A DNA stretch of 64,000 bases from the human T2T-CHM13v2.0 reference genome, Homo sapiens. The DNA lies in the NCBI RefSeq assembly GCF_009914755.1, contig NC_060930.1; one strand, written 5' to 3'. A program made the position numbers and the translations under genes. Shown in pieces: positions 12,901 through 28,408 of the stretch. Under the pieces are notes generated by a model. That model ran no database searches, had not been told where the DNA came from, and saw nothing but the letters and a program-made list of their open reading frames with translations. How positions within the stretch are numbered: position 1 is the stretch's first letter; each line of letters begins with the position of its first letter.

Positions 12901-14939
12901 CAACACCCAGCAACTAACAACATTCAGCAAAAGCATGAGAAGACATGATGTTCTATGCTAAGACTGGCTAATAACTGCTATGGGGAGAGATTGGAAAGGG
13001 TTCTTCTGGAATCCCCATGCTCCCCAATGCCACTTCCTAACAATTATCCCCATTCACCGTGTAGAACCCCATTGCTCCTTTAACATTCAGGCCAGTTAGT
13101 GGTATCGTCCTGTGTCCCTCTCACTTGTGTCACCTGCTGACCTCTTCAGCCACTGAACCATACTGATTCTAGCATCTGGCCCAGAAGCCTCCATCTCTGT
13201 CATCCGAGGTGACCTGGTGTCCATACGGAAGACAGCTCCGAATTCTTCCTTGACCTCTTCGGCTCCACTGGTCATTTGGGCATCACTTCAGCCATCCAGA
13301 CCCACAGCCTCAGCCTCACTTTGGACCTCAGGAGGACCTCACCCCAAAATATTAAGCTCTGACATCCTTCACTCTGACTATAAGGTCTTAGCCTTCATCT
13401 CTCTACAGTACGCCTTCCCAGCTGTTCCCTCACCCAGGTCTTTCCCATGTTGCCCCATCTGTGGCCCCTTTCCTTGCCTTCTCCAGGCTGGGTCTCAGGG
13501 TTGATCGCTAGGACTATAGGAGACCTCCCATCCGCCCCGCTCCACCCCCAGAGGCTGAGGGATGAGGGGCGGGCAGTGGAGCTGATGGAGGAAGGAGAAC
13601 AGGATTCTCTGAGGAGCTGCTTCAGGCTAAGGTCCGGTCCTCTGATGATGTGCTGGTTTCAGAGTTGGAAGAGGGTGTGTGCCTGTGTGTTCCTGATGTC
13701 CTGATGAGGGTGCCCCAGGACACACGAGGGCCATCCCGCCCCTCCAAGCCCCAGCCCCTGGCTTATCCTTGGTGCCTCCAGATCTCACTCCAACTCTCAT
13801 CCCCCTTCCCTTCCCGATGTTTTCCCTGCAGCATCGTCCAGTCCCCAAGCACTTCCATGGAGCTCTGCTCACTGCCGTCTGGGCCACCAGCCAGCACCTC
13901 AGCAGCCCCTTCAGCGATCGCTGGCATGGGCTCTGCCTTGGTCTCTCCTGGTCTGACGCCAACCCGGCCGCTTCATTTCCTGCGAGGGGAGCTCTCTTCA
14001 GCTCCCACGTTGGTCCAAATTGGTTTGGTCTCTTCTAGGCCTCAGAGCCCATACACAAAGAACAAAGGCCAGTTAGTCTCCCACTCTGCAATTATTCAAA
14101 GTTCGGGCTTTAAAACGCAGAGATTTTTCTGCTTCATCTACCCACAGCTCAGCAACTGTATTTCTACACCTATTGTTATTCTATTTCTGTTCCTAATTGC
14201 TATTGTAGAAAACCGTGCCTAGCTGAAGCTTCGGGAGTTGCCAATCCGTGGGCTCCCTTCAAATGTAAATGTGTTATGCAAATGTCTTCTGAGGCTGGGA
14301 GTGGGATCCTGTGGTCTTCCCTGGGTAGAGACAGGGAAAGAATACTGCTGGGATGGCTGAGAAACAGAAGACAATCCGCTGCCCTCGTTATTTAAACGCT
14401 CACTGTTCTGAGATGGTTTCCTGTCTCCAACTTCCTCTCCTGCTCTAGCAGCTGAATTTAAAATACTTGCTACAGAACACTGCTTCTTCTGGGCAGGGAA
14501 CGCTGCTGCTTAACCCTTCCATGCTCGTTCCCTGTGGGGACACAGCGTGTTGGCCAGCTGCACCTCTCCCAGGGTCTCAGGACCATGTCTGTAAGGTAGA
14601 TGCTATTCGAATCTAGGAACCTTTTTTTTTTAATATGGAAAATCACCTATCTAAATAATGCGTTGAAATGGATCCATTGTCATCGTTAGCAAAACCTTAA
14701 AGCATCAGTACTGGTGGAGACCTTGCCATTCCAAGCAGAGTTCGAATCCTTCCAAAAACAGCCACGACATCAATGCAAAAAAAATGTTGTTTTCCAGGAG
14801 TGCTAGTCCCATCGGGAGAGCTCCTTCCCTCCTCCCTCTGTCTTCCCGGCTCCCCATGTTCCTGAGCCCGGAGCTGATCTCCGCCTCTTCTGCCCTCAGC
14901 TTAGCTGCCTGTCATCATGCCAGGCAGGCACTGGATTTT

Positions 14940-15130
14940 CTTTTCTTTCTATTTTTTTAATTTTACTTTAAGTTCTGGGATACATGTGCAGACAGTGCAG
15001 GTTTGTTACATAGGTAGACATGTGCCATGGTGGTTTGCTGCACCTATCAACCCGTCATCTAGGTTTTAAACCCCGCATGCATTAGGTATTTATCCTAATG
15101 CTCTCCCTCCCCTTGCCCCCCACCCCCTGA
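14940..15130 (-). mobile_element. L1PA (PA7/8-like) 3'-end fragment
   Basis: ttttactttaagttctgggatacatgtgcag...cctaatgctctccctcccc; TSD-like ctggatttt on both sides. Confidence 0.9.
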
Positions 15131-15324
15131 GGTGCTGGATTTTCACTGTCCTGAGATTTTCACTCTCCCTCATACCCTCTTTGCTGGCCTCCCATTATCA
15201 CCAGCAGCAATTTGGTCCAAAGAAAGTTCTCAGCTTCTGAATGAATGAGCCCTCAAACCCATGAGCTCCTTGACTCAGTGCTTATGCTGTGCTGAGCCAG
15301 GCACTCGCAGGACACTCGGCCCTG

Positions 15325-15658
15325 CTGGTCAGCCCTGCTGGCCGGGGGCTCCACATCTGTGGATTTGGCAAAATGCAGATCTGAAATACTTGGGGGGAAA
15401 ATATGCCTGTACTGAACATATACAGAAATTTTTTCTTGTCATTGTTCCCTAAACAATAAAGTATAACAACTATTTACATAGCCTTACATTGTGTTAGATA
15501 TGATAAGTAATATAGAGATGATTTAAAGGATACCAAAGGTTGTGCAGGGGTTATACGCAAATACTGCACCATTTAGTATCAGGGACTTGAGCATCTGTGG
15601 ATTTTAGGATCACCCGGGGTCCTGGAACCAATCCCCCAGGAATACGGTGGGACAACTA
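15325..15658 (-). mobile_element. MER2 (TcMar-Tigger) non-autonomous DNA transposon
   Basis: cttgtcattgttccctaaacaata...tatttacatagc...gggacttgagcatctgtggatttt...gtcctggaaccaatccccc...gggacaact. Confidence 0.85.
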
Positions 15659-16460
15659 TATTAATTAATTAACCTTTTTTGCATTTATCAGTAGTTTCTG
15701 TGTTCAATATTGTCTATTGCTGCTATTTCCAAGATGTGGGGAAAAGGTGACCACAAATATATAGAAATGTATTCTGTGCATTCTAAAATAAATTCTAAAC
15801 TATATGAAAGTAGAGGGCAAAGCAGAAAATGCTGGAAAAACAGCCCTGGCCCAAGACTTTGAGCTGTTTGTCTTTCGTTTTTCACACTGTCGTGTTACTC
15901 AGTAGTCCTGGCAGCTCTACTGTACCATTCTGAATTTCAGAGAAAGAAAGGGGAGCTAACTCTGCCCTGGAATATTATTTATGTTCTAAAGTGCTAAAAG
16001 TACTTTCAAGCGCAATTAGCTTATTTAAGAGGCAGAGATTATGTTGTTCTCTGCCTACCTCATCGGGTCACTGGGAGGATCACAGGCGGGGGAATATATA
16101 TCTGTGTTTTGAGCACAGTAGGAAGAAAATCTTTGTGTAAATTCAGGTTGGCTTTATAATGATCCGGCAAGATTGGAATATCTGATCAAAGTGAATCACT
16201 CTGATCTACTCAGTTACAACATGATCTCTTTTTTTTTTCAGATCTAATAATATATCACAAATTGACATGTGCTTGTGAGAATGATTTGTGGTTGATCTCG
16301 ATGCTCAGACATGGCCATCGGCATTCCAATTATTCCCTCCCCTTTACTTAATTTCACTACAGACTTGCCCCATAGCTCATGGTTCTATAACAGTCTCTGA
16401 CTTCATCACATTTTTATCAGGAAACAAATGGATCACTGGCTTGCACAAAATACAAATTTA

Positions 16461-16765
16461 GGCCAGGTGCAGTGGCTCACACCTGTAATCCTAGCACTTT
16501 GGGAGGCTGAGGCGGGAGGATCACTTGAGCGCAGAAGTTCAAGACTAGCCTGGGCAACATAGTGAGACCCCCCCCCCCATGTCAACTAAAAATTTAAAAA
16601 ATTAGCCCAGTGTGGTGGCGCATGCCCAGGTAGTCCCAGCTACTCAGGAGGCTGAGGCGGGAGATCTCCTGAGACCAGGAGGCTGAGGCTGCAGTGAGCT
16701 ATGATCACACCACTGCACTACAGCCTGGGCAACCGAACAAGACTCTCCCTCAAAAATAATAGTAA
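16461..16765 (+). mobile_element. AluJ
   Basis: gggcaacatagtgagaccc and gagctatgatcacaccactg AluJ diagnostics. Confidence 0.92.
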
Positions 16766-19700
16766 TATATAAATTTGTCTGCAATTGTGAAAAATAAATA
16801 AATTTACATACTAGATCCAAGGCCCTGAGTTTTAACTTGATAACTGGGGCCAGGTATCTTACAGACCCCAGGAGGCCTTTCAAACCCGTTACTTGCGTCG
16901 TCATGCCAAGGGGCTGAGAACCCTTCCCTTCCCATCCCGAGAGCCCAGAAAGAATTCTGCAACTGTCTGTGAGCCAACTAGACTTGAACAGGCTAACTGA
17001 CCTGCTACTCAGGAAAGAAACATTAGCTTGCTCACAAGAGCTTCCCTCACAGACTTGGTACAGAAGTCTAAGGATCACGTGGCGGCCGCAGCCTCCGTGT
17101 TTCTGTCCCCTGAGTCAGCACGTACAGAACACGCTGTGCGCCAAGGACCAGACCCTGCTGTGGAGAAAGCTACAGTGAAAGGTCAAGTCTGTGCAGAAAT
17201 ATGTGACTATTGAACACCCTCCTCTTCTCAATCACAAAAGCTCTTTATAATTCCTCCTCTGCAGGCAAAAACTGTGGGAAACTCTCACATTAGGCAGAAT
17301 TTTTTTCTGACAATATCTGGAACCAAAGACCCACAGTCAGGTTAAAAATCACATTTTCATTGAAACAGTTTATGAAAAGCCTATTACCTAGCAATTTTAT
17401 ATTTGAATGCAATTATGTTAATGTTATTAGTACATTATGAATGGTACTAATATGATTATTGTTTCATGTGGTATTACAGGAAATTAATTCAAATGGATTT
17501 ACATATTTTTTAGATAAAGGGCACTGCTAACACGGATAAATAAGAAGCCTGACGTTACTTTAAAAACAAAAGATAGCACTGAGAAAGCCAGGTTGTGACT
17601 TCATTTGTAATACTAACACACCATTTTTGTGCTTTTTTGTTGATGTAAATATTTTGCAATTTCCAAAGTGTTTTTCTTGTTGAATGCAGCAATCTGAATT
17701 AATTTCCCCAGCCTCTGCCAGTGTGCCTTTAGCCCATTTTATACTTGAGGGAGTTGAGAGTCAAGAGAAGGAAACTTGCCCCAATTTATACCCAGAATCC
17801 AGACAGTGCAAGATGCAAACTCAAATAGCTGAGAACTCAACTCCTACTGTTAGATCATCGGGGAATGTAACTTCTCACGTCGAATCATTCAGAGTTGTAA
17901 TTAAGTAAGGCCGGACCTCTGGAAGCTCTCCTTCCCTGGATTTTGGTGAAAGGAAATGCTTGTTTCTGCACTGGGCAAGGCTGATTTCCATCTCACAGTA
18001 CACTTTCTGCATCTCCTGCTTATCCAGAGGAGACCCCACCAGCCTCCCGAGCTCCATCGTCCCTCAGAGTCACTCCGCATCCACTGCGCACTGCTCTACA
18101 CACTGCTCTGGGCTAGTCACACTGTGCTGCTGGAGACAAAAGTGTGAGCACAAAACAAGCCAGCAGCAGGGGACACTGTGTGCACTCAGCCCGTGCAAAC
18201 AGTAGGTGCCAGCCGAAGTCGTTCAAGGGCGACAGAGCGGTCACAGGTGTGGTTGAGAAGAGCCGCCCAGAAACAAGATCTGGGCTGGGCCTAGACAGAG
18301 ATTGGTGGGGCAGCTGAGGTGAGGGGAGCTGTGGGTGCAAGGGCAGAGGGCAATTTGCAGGGTATATACACGGTGAGGGCAGAGCTTCCGCTGGTTGGAA
18401 AATAGGGGGTGAAACTGAGTTGGGGACAAACTGCAGATTACCTCTAGGCTTAGGACGGAGGAGTTGCTGCCAACTTTTAAACACCTGAAATTGATAAGGG
18501 AGAAGCTGCCTCTGCCAAAACCAATCTGGCAACTGTGCACAGAAAAACAGGTTAAGAAACGAGTCTTTCGCAAGTATGTAGGCCTGGGGTGATAAAGGCC
18601 TGAACTACCTAGGAGGGATGGCCTCTGCCCCAAGCCAAGGAACGCTATCAAATCTGATAAACTAGTAAGCTGGGAATGATAATTCTATGGTGATAGATCC
18701 TAGCAATGGATGATATGCTTTTAAGCTGAAAGTGCTTTGAGGACTAGTACTCTATCTTATTTGTCTATTTTCAGCTTGTAGTAAAGAGCCGGCTTCCACT
18801 CCTGCTGGGTGAATGAACGCATGCATGAACGAATGAATGCAGGCATGTGCGAATGAGTGGGCTCTAAAGATAGTATGTTGTAGATAATTTCCTGACTAAT
18901 GATAGGGATTCCGACCCTGATAGGCTTACAGGAAGCTGCCTCTCAGTCGGTCCTGGTGTGGGTGGCTCCATCACCTGTGTACAGGCCCCTTCTGGTCCGC
19001 ATCCTTTTCCCTGGATGAGGAGGGCCTGCAGGCTGACAGTGACAGGTGTTCCTCCAGTGCCCGTCAGGAATGCCCGGGCTCCCTTCTTCTCCAGGGAAGG
19101 GGGTGGGGGGCACTCTTCGGGCCCGTGGGTATTTGTTTTAATGGAAGAAATGTGGGTAAATACAGTCTCCAAGCACAGAATGAAGTGAGGATAATATTAA
19201 TTACTACCTTCGGTGATTGTTGTGAGGATTAAATGAGTTAATATATATGCATAGAGTAGTCGCTGATGTATATATAATAAGCATATAGTGTTAGCTGATG
19301 TTATTATTATTTGTTATTACTAACCAAACCAATTGTCCCACCTATTAAATTCTTAATATTTCCATTCTAGAAATAAGCTAAATAAGAGCAATTCCTTAAA
19401 TTCTTTCAGCAGTACCAACTTTCCTACTTTCCCTTAAAGCCACAGTTAATTTCTAAGTAGCTAGTTGACATGTTAATGATCGAGGTTAAATATTACATCA
19501 GGATTTTATTTTAGTGATTAAAGAAAATAAACACCTAAACTTTTATATTGAGCATTTACCATAATTCCGAGTCAAAAATTAATCTAATATTTTGACTACT
19601 GTACATTTCACTTCTGCAAATAAAAATTTGACCCATAAATTTAAATGGATGTTGGTGCATCTCCAACTATTTAGCATTAAATTCATTCTGTCAACACTTT

Positions 19701-19928
19701 CCAATTATCTTCTCATAAGACAAATAGTAACAGACCAATTCCTAAAAAGTCATTTGTGTTTAATTGAATTAGTAGTTGTGTTTGATTGAAATATGTTAAA
19801 GCCATTATAAAAATAAATTCTTTTCACTTATTGGTGAATTTTTCTACCTATGCTGTCAAAATGGCTAGAAATATCAATTACAAACTTTGTGAATGGGAAG
19901 TGGAAATGTCCATTCTTTATTCTTTCAG

Positions 19929-19983
19929 AATAGATAAAAATACTGTAAAATCAGAAACCGGATTTGGATTTTAAAGACTATAG
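19929..19983 (+). ncRNA. Candidate non-coding exon (55 bp)
   Basis: Strong acceptor cattctttattctttcag| and strong donor tag|gtaagt; stops in all three frames. Confidence 0.4.
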
Positions 19984-20309
19984 GTAAGTAATACCGGTAA
20001 ATAGGATATCTCGTAAAGAGAAAATGGACTGTGGCTTAGGAATTTAATGAAATAGAGGGGAGCGGTAATTTTGAGTCCATTTAGAATTTTACTGACTTAC
20101 TGTCCAGCAAGAGGACTTAGATTAAATTATTGGTTTTCTGTGAATCTGAATTTCCTGGTCTGTGTTGTCAGGACAGGGATGGAACTTTGGGGAAATGTGT
20201 GGAACAGATGTGTGGGAGAAGCCAGATGGGGCCAGGATCTTGGGTCTAAGAGAGCTTTCTGTAAACTCTGTAGTCTCTCATGCTCATCTAACCTCCTTCT
20301 CGTGATTTT

Positions 20310-20480
20310 TTTGCTCACATTTATTGATCATTTACTCTATGCAAGACAAAATTCTGTGACTTTTGCATGTATTACCTCTCAATCTTCAAAACAGCCCACA
20401 GATTAACTGCTTATGTGACCCTCATCTGACAGATGAGGAAACTGGAAGCTCAGAGAAGTGGATGCTTTGCCCAGGGCTGG
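20310..20480 (-). mobile_element. MIR SINE
   Basis: catttattgatcatttactctatgc...acagatgaggaaactggaagctcagagaag. Confidence 0.7.
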
Positions 20481-21819
20481 AGAGCCAGGCTGGGGCTGAT
20501 ATCCCAGCCGTCAAATGTCAGGCTCCTGCTCTAGACCGTGGCCACAAGATTTGGGGAAAGTTCCCTCTTCCCGGGCAGCACCAGTTTTATGAGCACGTTC
20601 TTCCTTCCTGCCCAAATGTATAGTGAGCCCCTCATCAAATGGCTTAACTTCAACATGGAACACGTCTGTCACACAGGAAGCTGCGTGCCCAGAGCCTGGC
20701 CAGAGAACCAGGGCCAGGGGCATGAAAGCAAAAAGGCAGACGGTACTAAAGACCCCAGGAGCTTGATGCTGAGGCAGTACTCTGGATAAGTCACTGTAGG
20801 GAAAAATGCTCCACGTAAACTAAGCTCTTCCTGAAGCTTTCACACTGGGAGAGGGGGTCTGCCACTCGTTGGTGCTGGGTAGGCAGAACTCTTCATCCTG
20901 GGACCACAAATGACCCCTGCATTCTTCCATGAGCTCTGGGCTTCACTGTCAGCACAGTCCCATCAGTGACGAGTCCCCGCCTCTTCCTAACTGCATGATT
21001 TATCTTGGCTCATTCATTTACCAAGAAACTATTGAATGCCTACTAAGTGCCTACTATTCAGCAGTTGTTTAGTCAAGAAATGAGCCAACGTACAAGAACA
21101 GAAGGCAGCCTGCTTCTAAGTCCTAGTTTTCTAAAGTATTTTTAAGATCAGTCATATCCAGTGGGACCATAATATTTCACACCAATTCTACAAAAAGCTA
21201 CATTCAATTAATGAAAAGCGTAAGTTATCAAACATGTAAAAAGTACCATTTGTTTCTTTGAAGTATCTACTATAAGTCAAATTTTATTAATGAGACATTA
21301 CAGATGACCTGCCTCAAAGGTTAGATTAAAAAGTATTTTTGCATATCAATTCTATGTATATGTGCAGATCTTCTAACCTATTCTAAGGTGTCATAAAATG
21401 GTTTATTCTTAGAACAATCGTATAAATCCCCTGTCACATTTAAACAATTTACTCTGTGAGTAAAGGCTTACTAAGCAAGGAAACTCCCATACGGTCCCTA
21501 ATAAATTATTAATTTCAAATAAATGTAGTCTTTCTCTCCCAATGGCTCACTTTCTGATGTTTCTCATGCTTTTCAGCACTGCCAGATCTGAGAAATAAAA
21601 CAAAGTAACACCCAAATGAGTTACTTTTAATTCTGAGAAGAATTTATAACTAACAGATAAGATGTTGATATTTTCAATATGTGGCTTTAGAAAACATTAA
21701 AGTAATTTAGAAAGAAAAATTTAGCTAGCTTCCATAAAAATTTAGCACATTAATTTAAATGAATAAAATTTAACAGAAAAGCAAAAGTACGTTATAGATA
21801 CTTTGAAAGTGTTGAAATT

Positions 21820-22115
<296 letters not shown>

Positions 22116-23454
22116 GAAAGTATTGAAATATAGTAGGATGTAAGCTTCCAAACAACTTACAGTTTAAAATCTCAAAAATAAAAATCTTTTACTAATGTGA
22201 TATAATTTATTACTTCACATTTCCAACACTATAGTAGGAATATTAGCTTTTTTCTTTCATAAGAAAGCCCTAAACGGTCAGTTTGCTGTTCATACTTTTT
22301 CTGATGGCCAAATCCTTACTTTTTTTTCCAATTGTTTTATGGTTCTATCAGCTATAACATCATATTTGCTGATTTCATTCTGAATCTTTCCAGGTCATGG
22401 TTTTGCCTGCTTTTATGTAATATTCATTTGTGTTTTATTTTTATCCATGCCTCCTTGAAAAGTAGGAAATTCAATTTGGATTGCTATCATGTTTTTCTTT
22501 CTTTGAGTGGCTCCCCGTAGCTTCCTTCTTGCTCTGTGTTTCTCCTTTACCATGGACCCCGTGTGCTGCTGGCCTGGGTGGAAACACCAAAATGATGTGC
22601 TTCCGACTTCTTCCTAAGTTTGTGATTATAAGGTTTTCAAATTACATGCAACTTTCTATAACAGGCTTCTCATCTGGCAAATGAATTAAAATATTTACTG
22701 ATATTGTCTCAATCCTAGCAACAGCCAATTGGAAATGTCAGTTTTTAAAAGATCCTATCGAGAGTGTCAACAAGAACTGGGTAACTCCTCCAAGTAAACT
22801 TAGTAAGACATCTGCAAGACCTCTGTGAAAGAAACCATCCAAGAAAGATACAAAAGATTGGAACAAATGGAGGCACACATCCTCCTGGCTGGAAGGACTC
22901 ACGTTGTTGGTTTTGCCCATCCAGCACCTGGTAACACATGCTTACTTTCTCTTTACAGTCTCAGTGGGGTAGGCCTGCCAAGGATCCCTTCCCATCCCTG
23001 GCCAAGAGGTGAGCATTTGGCCCAACTTAGGCCAGCTGGGCTCTGCCTGGGGACTTGAAGCTTGACTGAGGGTCAAAGGGCTGAAAATGTTTGGAGACGA
23101 TTCTTCTGGTTGACAGGTTCTGTAGATAGCCCCTACGTCATGCCACCTGTGTCCATGGAGCTTCCCAAATTCCTGCCTCTTTCTGAGACCTGGTTCTTCA
23201 CATTGTTCTTTGATTCAGTTCGCTACCTCCTACCTTTCCAGTAGGTTCTCTTTATGTTCCAGTTATCTGAAGTTAGTTTCCACTTCTTGTGAGCAAAAAA
23301 CTCAGCTGTTACAATTCAATATGGTAAAGATATCCCACCCCACCAAGTTAAGGAGCCAATGGGAGGCTTTTATGGATCTTTAAAAAAGTGATTCAAGTAT
23401 CCATATGAAAGAAAAAATGGGTGAGAATACCACTGAGGGGGAAAAGAAGAAAGA

Positions 23455-23546
23455 GAGAGGGAGAGAGAGACAGACAGACAGAAATAAAGAAAGAAAGAAA
23501 GAAAGGAAGGAAGGAAGGAGAAAGAAAGAAAGAAAGAGAAAGAAAG

Positions 23547-23608
<62 letters not shown>

Positions 23609-23645
23609 GAGGGAGGGAGGGAGGAAGGAAGAAGAGAGAGAGAGA
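23455..23645 (+). repeat. Compound (GA)n/(GAAA)n/(GGAA)n purine microsatellite
   Basis: Directly visible ~190-bp nearly pure purine tract. Confidence 0.97.
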
Positions 23646-23963
23646 ACAGGCATTTCCTCCACCAGATATTAAGATAAATTTAAAACAACAGTAATTAAAA
23701 ATGTGTGGCCCCAACAATAGCATAGACAGATCAGTATAACAGAAATAAATCCAAGAATAATTTTAAAGTGTTTAATATTTTATAAAGCGAGCATTTCAAT
23801 TCACTGGGAAAATAAAAGATCATCTCATAGGAGGTCTAGGTCAGCAGGCTAACCCCCTGGGGAAAAATATTTTTAAAATTATTAGGACCTGTCTCATATC
23901 ATCACGAAAACTTAAAAATACATATGGCTTACTTAACAAATTAAATGTAAAACATAAAATGAA

Positions 23964-24264
<301 letters not shown>

Positions 24265-24469
24265 TGAAACCATTTTTTTAAAGCCCAAATACAATATGGG
24301 CAAATATAACATAAAGAAAGAAATCCAAAGGAAAAGATAGATTTGATTACATAAAAATGAAAAGATTCTGTCAAAATCACCACAAATAAAAATAAAACAC
24401 CAATGATATGAGAGTGACGATTTCCCTACATCTTCTCCAATAGAAAATGGTAGCAAACTTCTGAATTGG

Positions 24470-25068
24470 TTGTATATTAATCAGGGTTCTCTAGAGGGAC
24501 AGAACTAATAGGATAGATGAATATATGAAGGGGAGTTTATTAAGGAGTATTGACTCACATGATTACAAGGTGAGGTCCCACAATAGGACGTGTCTGCAAG
24601 CTGAAGAGCAAGGAAGCCAGTTCGAGTCCCAAAACCTTAAAAGTAGGGAAGCCGACAGTGCAGCCTTCAGTCTGTGGTTGAAGGTCCAAGAGTCCCAAAG
24701 CTGAAGAACTTGGAGTCTGATGTTCTAGGGCAGGAAGCTTCCAGCACGGGAGAAAGGTGAAGGCCAGAAGACTCAGGCAGTCTAGTCTTTTCACATTCTT
24801 CTGTCTGCTTTTATTCTGGCTACACTGGCAGCTGATTAGATGGTGCCCACCCAGATTGAGGGTGGGTCTGCCTCTCCCAGGACCGACTCAAATGTTTATC
24901 TCCTTTGGCAACACCCTCACAAACACACCCAGATTGAGGGTGGGTCTGCCTCTCCCAGCCCACTGACTCAAATGTTTATCTCCTTTGGCAACACCCTCAC
25001 AAACACACCAGGAACAATACTTTGCATCCTTCAATCCAATCAAGTTGACACTCAATATTAACCATCAC
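24470..25068 (-). mobile_element. MLT2A (ERVL) solo LTR with internal ~80-bp tandem duplication
   Basis: tcagggttctctagagggacagaactaatagga...caagttgacactcaatattaaccatcaca. Confidence 0.9.
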
Positions 25069-25655
25069 AGGTTTGAATGAATCTTTTTCTTTTCATTGCT
25101 TCTAGAAATTGAGCCATAGTTTGATGGGCCTTCCCAATTCATGTTTATAAAGGGACTTGCCTAGATCTTTTGTGACTTTACTTTTATATTTAAATTCATT
25201 TGGAATTATCCTAATGCAAGGTGTCAGGTATGAATCCAAATCATAACATCAGGTGTCCCAACATCACTTATTAAATAGTTCATGTTTTACCTACCGGTTT
25301 GAGATGACGCATGTATATCAATTAAATTCCTGTATGTATGTTTGCCCGCATATTTTAATGTCTGGTAGTTCTTATCCACTCCAAACATCGATTATTGGTC
25401 TTTTAAAGAATGTTCCTGGCAATTGTTGCTTGTGTATTTTCACATATGAAATTTGAGACCAATATGTCTAATTACAATTAAAAACCTGGCATTTCTACTG
25501 GAATCTCTTTAAATGTAAAAATTAACTTAAGTAGAATTGCTATCTTTGTAATGCTCAGTTTCCCTGATCCCAGAACATGATGTGACTTTCCACTTGCTCC
25601 TGTCTTACAGGCCCATCAACTGTGTTTTAAAGTTTTCTTCATATAGGTCATATAA

Positions 25656-26009
<354 letters not shown>

Positions 26010-26536
26010 TGTGTATTAATTTTCAACCCTACTACCTTACTGAATTTGTTTGTTTATTCAGTTAATTCTCAGGTTTTCCAGGTGTAAATTTTAGAAAATT
26101 TACAATCCTCCTAAATGTGACTATATTACCTTCTCCTTCCCAAGTTTTTTACCTCAAATTTATTTTTCTTGTAATAGCATTGACTATTTCCTATAGTAAT
26201 AGCACTGTGTAATTCTTGTAATAGCACTGACTGTTTTCTATAGTATAATGTTAAATAACAGTGAAGATACTGGTGAGGGTGGAACTTTATTGAGCATATT
26301 TATGATATGTCTCCACCAAGCAGGGTGCTGGCTTTTGGACTGAGATAGATGTATTTTAACTTATAAAGGCAGTATTTCACTCTTCGTATTTTGTTTTTAT
26401 CAATGGTGGTTGTTAAATATTGTCCAGTGCTTTATCAACATCCATGGAAATGATCATAATATTTTTTACTTATATCCTTAGTATGATAAAATGTATGAAT
26501 AGAATTCATAGTAATGAACCATCCTTACATTTCTGA

Positions 26537-26876
<340 letters not shown>

Positions 26877-27703
26877 TGCATCATTCTTTTGATATGTGGC
26901 TGGATTTATTTTGCTAATATTCTGTTTAAGGATTTCATAAGTGACATTGGTCTATTGTTTGTTCTCTAAAATGTTTGTCTTTCAGTATCAATGTTATACT
27001 TCCTCCAGAGAAAAAAAATCTTAAGGTGTTTTTTTGTTTTGTTTTGTTTGTCGTTCTTGTTGTTGTTGTTGTTTCCCTAAGCTCTAGAAAAAGCACTTAA
27101 TTTGTGGTATTCTCATGTCTGGACCTAGCGACTTTTTCTTTTTGATTAGACAAGAATAGCTTTTTGATAACCTTCTGTATTTTTCCCATAGAAATAAGAC
27201 TTTTTAGATTTTCTGCCTCTTCAAGGGTCAGTTTTGACTAATTATATTTTCCTAAAAATTTCTTCAATTTATCCAAATTTCAAATGTATTTGCACAGTTA
27301 AACAAACTTATGTCCTGTGTTTCTTTTAATTCTCTTAATTTTCTGTTACTTTCCTCCCCCCTTGATATTTCCTGTTTGCAAGTTCTCCATTTTTTTTCTT
27401 GATTAAATTAGATATTGGCTCATATATTTCACTACATTTTTGTCTTTTAAAAGCCATCTTTTGGACTTATTTTGTAGTTCTGCTGTTTGGGTTTTCTAGT
27501 TAATTAATTTCAGCTTTTAAAATTTCTTATGATTTAATTCCATTTATTTTGTTGCTCCTTGCCTAACTTTTTGAGTTAGTTTAATTCCTTTTAAATTCTT
27601 ACTTGTTAATTAAATTAAAATGTAAAGTAATGCATTTTTCTCTGAGCATTTTAGTGGCATATCATAACTTCTGATATGCAGTATCTTTATTATGTTGTTT
27701 TCT

Positions 27704-28408
27704 TTTTCTTTTTAGTTTTTTTTTATTATTATACTCTAAGTTCTAGGGTACATGTGCACAACGTGCAGGTTTGTTACATATGTATACATGTGCCATGTTG
27801 GTGTGCTGCACCCATTAACTCGTCATTTACATTAGGTAAATCTCCTAATGCTATCCCTCCCCGCTCCCTCCACCCCCCAACAGGCCCTGGTGTGTGATGT
27901 TCTCTGCCCTGTGTCCAAATGTTCTCATTGTTCAGTTCCCACCTATGAGTGAGAACATGCAGTGTTTGTTTATTTTGTCCTTGCGATAGTTTGCTGAGAA
28001 TGATGGTTTCCAGCTTCATCCATGTCCCTACAAAGGACATGAACTCATCCATTTTTATGGCTGCATAGTGTTCCATGGTGTTTATGTGCCACATTTTCTT
28101 AATCCAGTCTATCACTGATGGACATTTGGGTTGGTTCCAAGTCTTTGCTATTGTGAATAGTGCCTCAATAAACATACGTGTGCATGTCTCTTTATAGCAG
28201 CATGATTTATAATCCTTTGGGTATATAGCCAGTAATGGGATGGCTGGGTCAAATGGTATTTCTAGTTCTAGATCCTTGAGGAATCACCACACTGTCTTCC
28301 ACAATGGTTGAACTAGTTTACAGTCCCACCAACAGTGTAAAAATGTTCCTATTTCTCCACATCCTCTCCAGCACCTGTTGTTTCCTAACTTTTTAATGAT
28401 CACCATTC
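27704..28408 (-). mobile_element. L1PA (PA4-6-like) 5'-truncated 3' end
   Basis: ORF2 C-terminus (WNQPKCPSVIDWIKKMWHI) plus 3'UTR; TSD tgttgttttct 27693-27703 / 28409-28419. Confidence 0.95.

Noticed and set aside
13650-14222. Longest ORF (190 aa)
   Set aside because: Ser/Pro-rich low-complexity translation of GC-rich DNA, non-ATG start, and no recognisable domain or exon structure.
23370-23723. K/E/R-rich and F/L/S-rich ORFs
   Set aside because: Translations of the (GAAA)n microsatellite.
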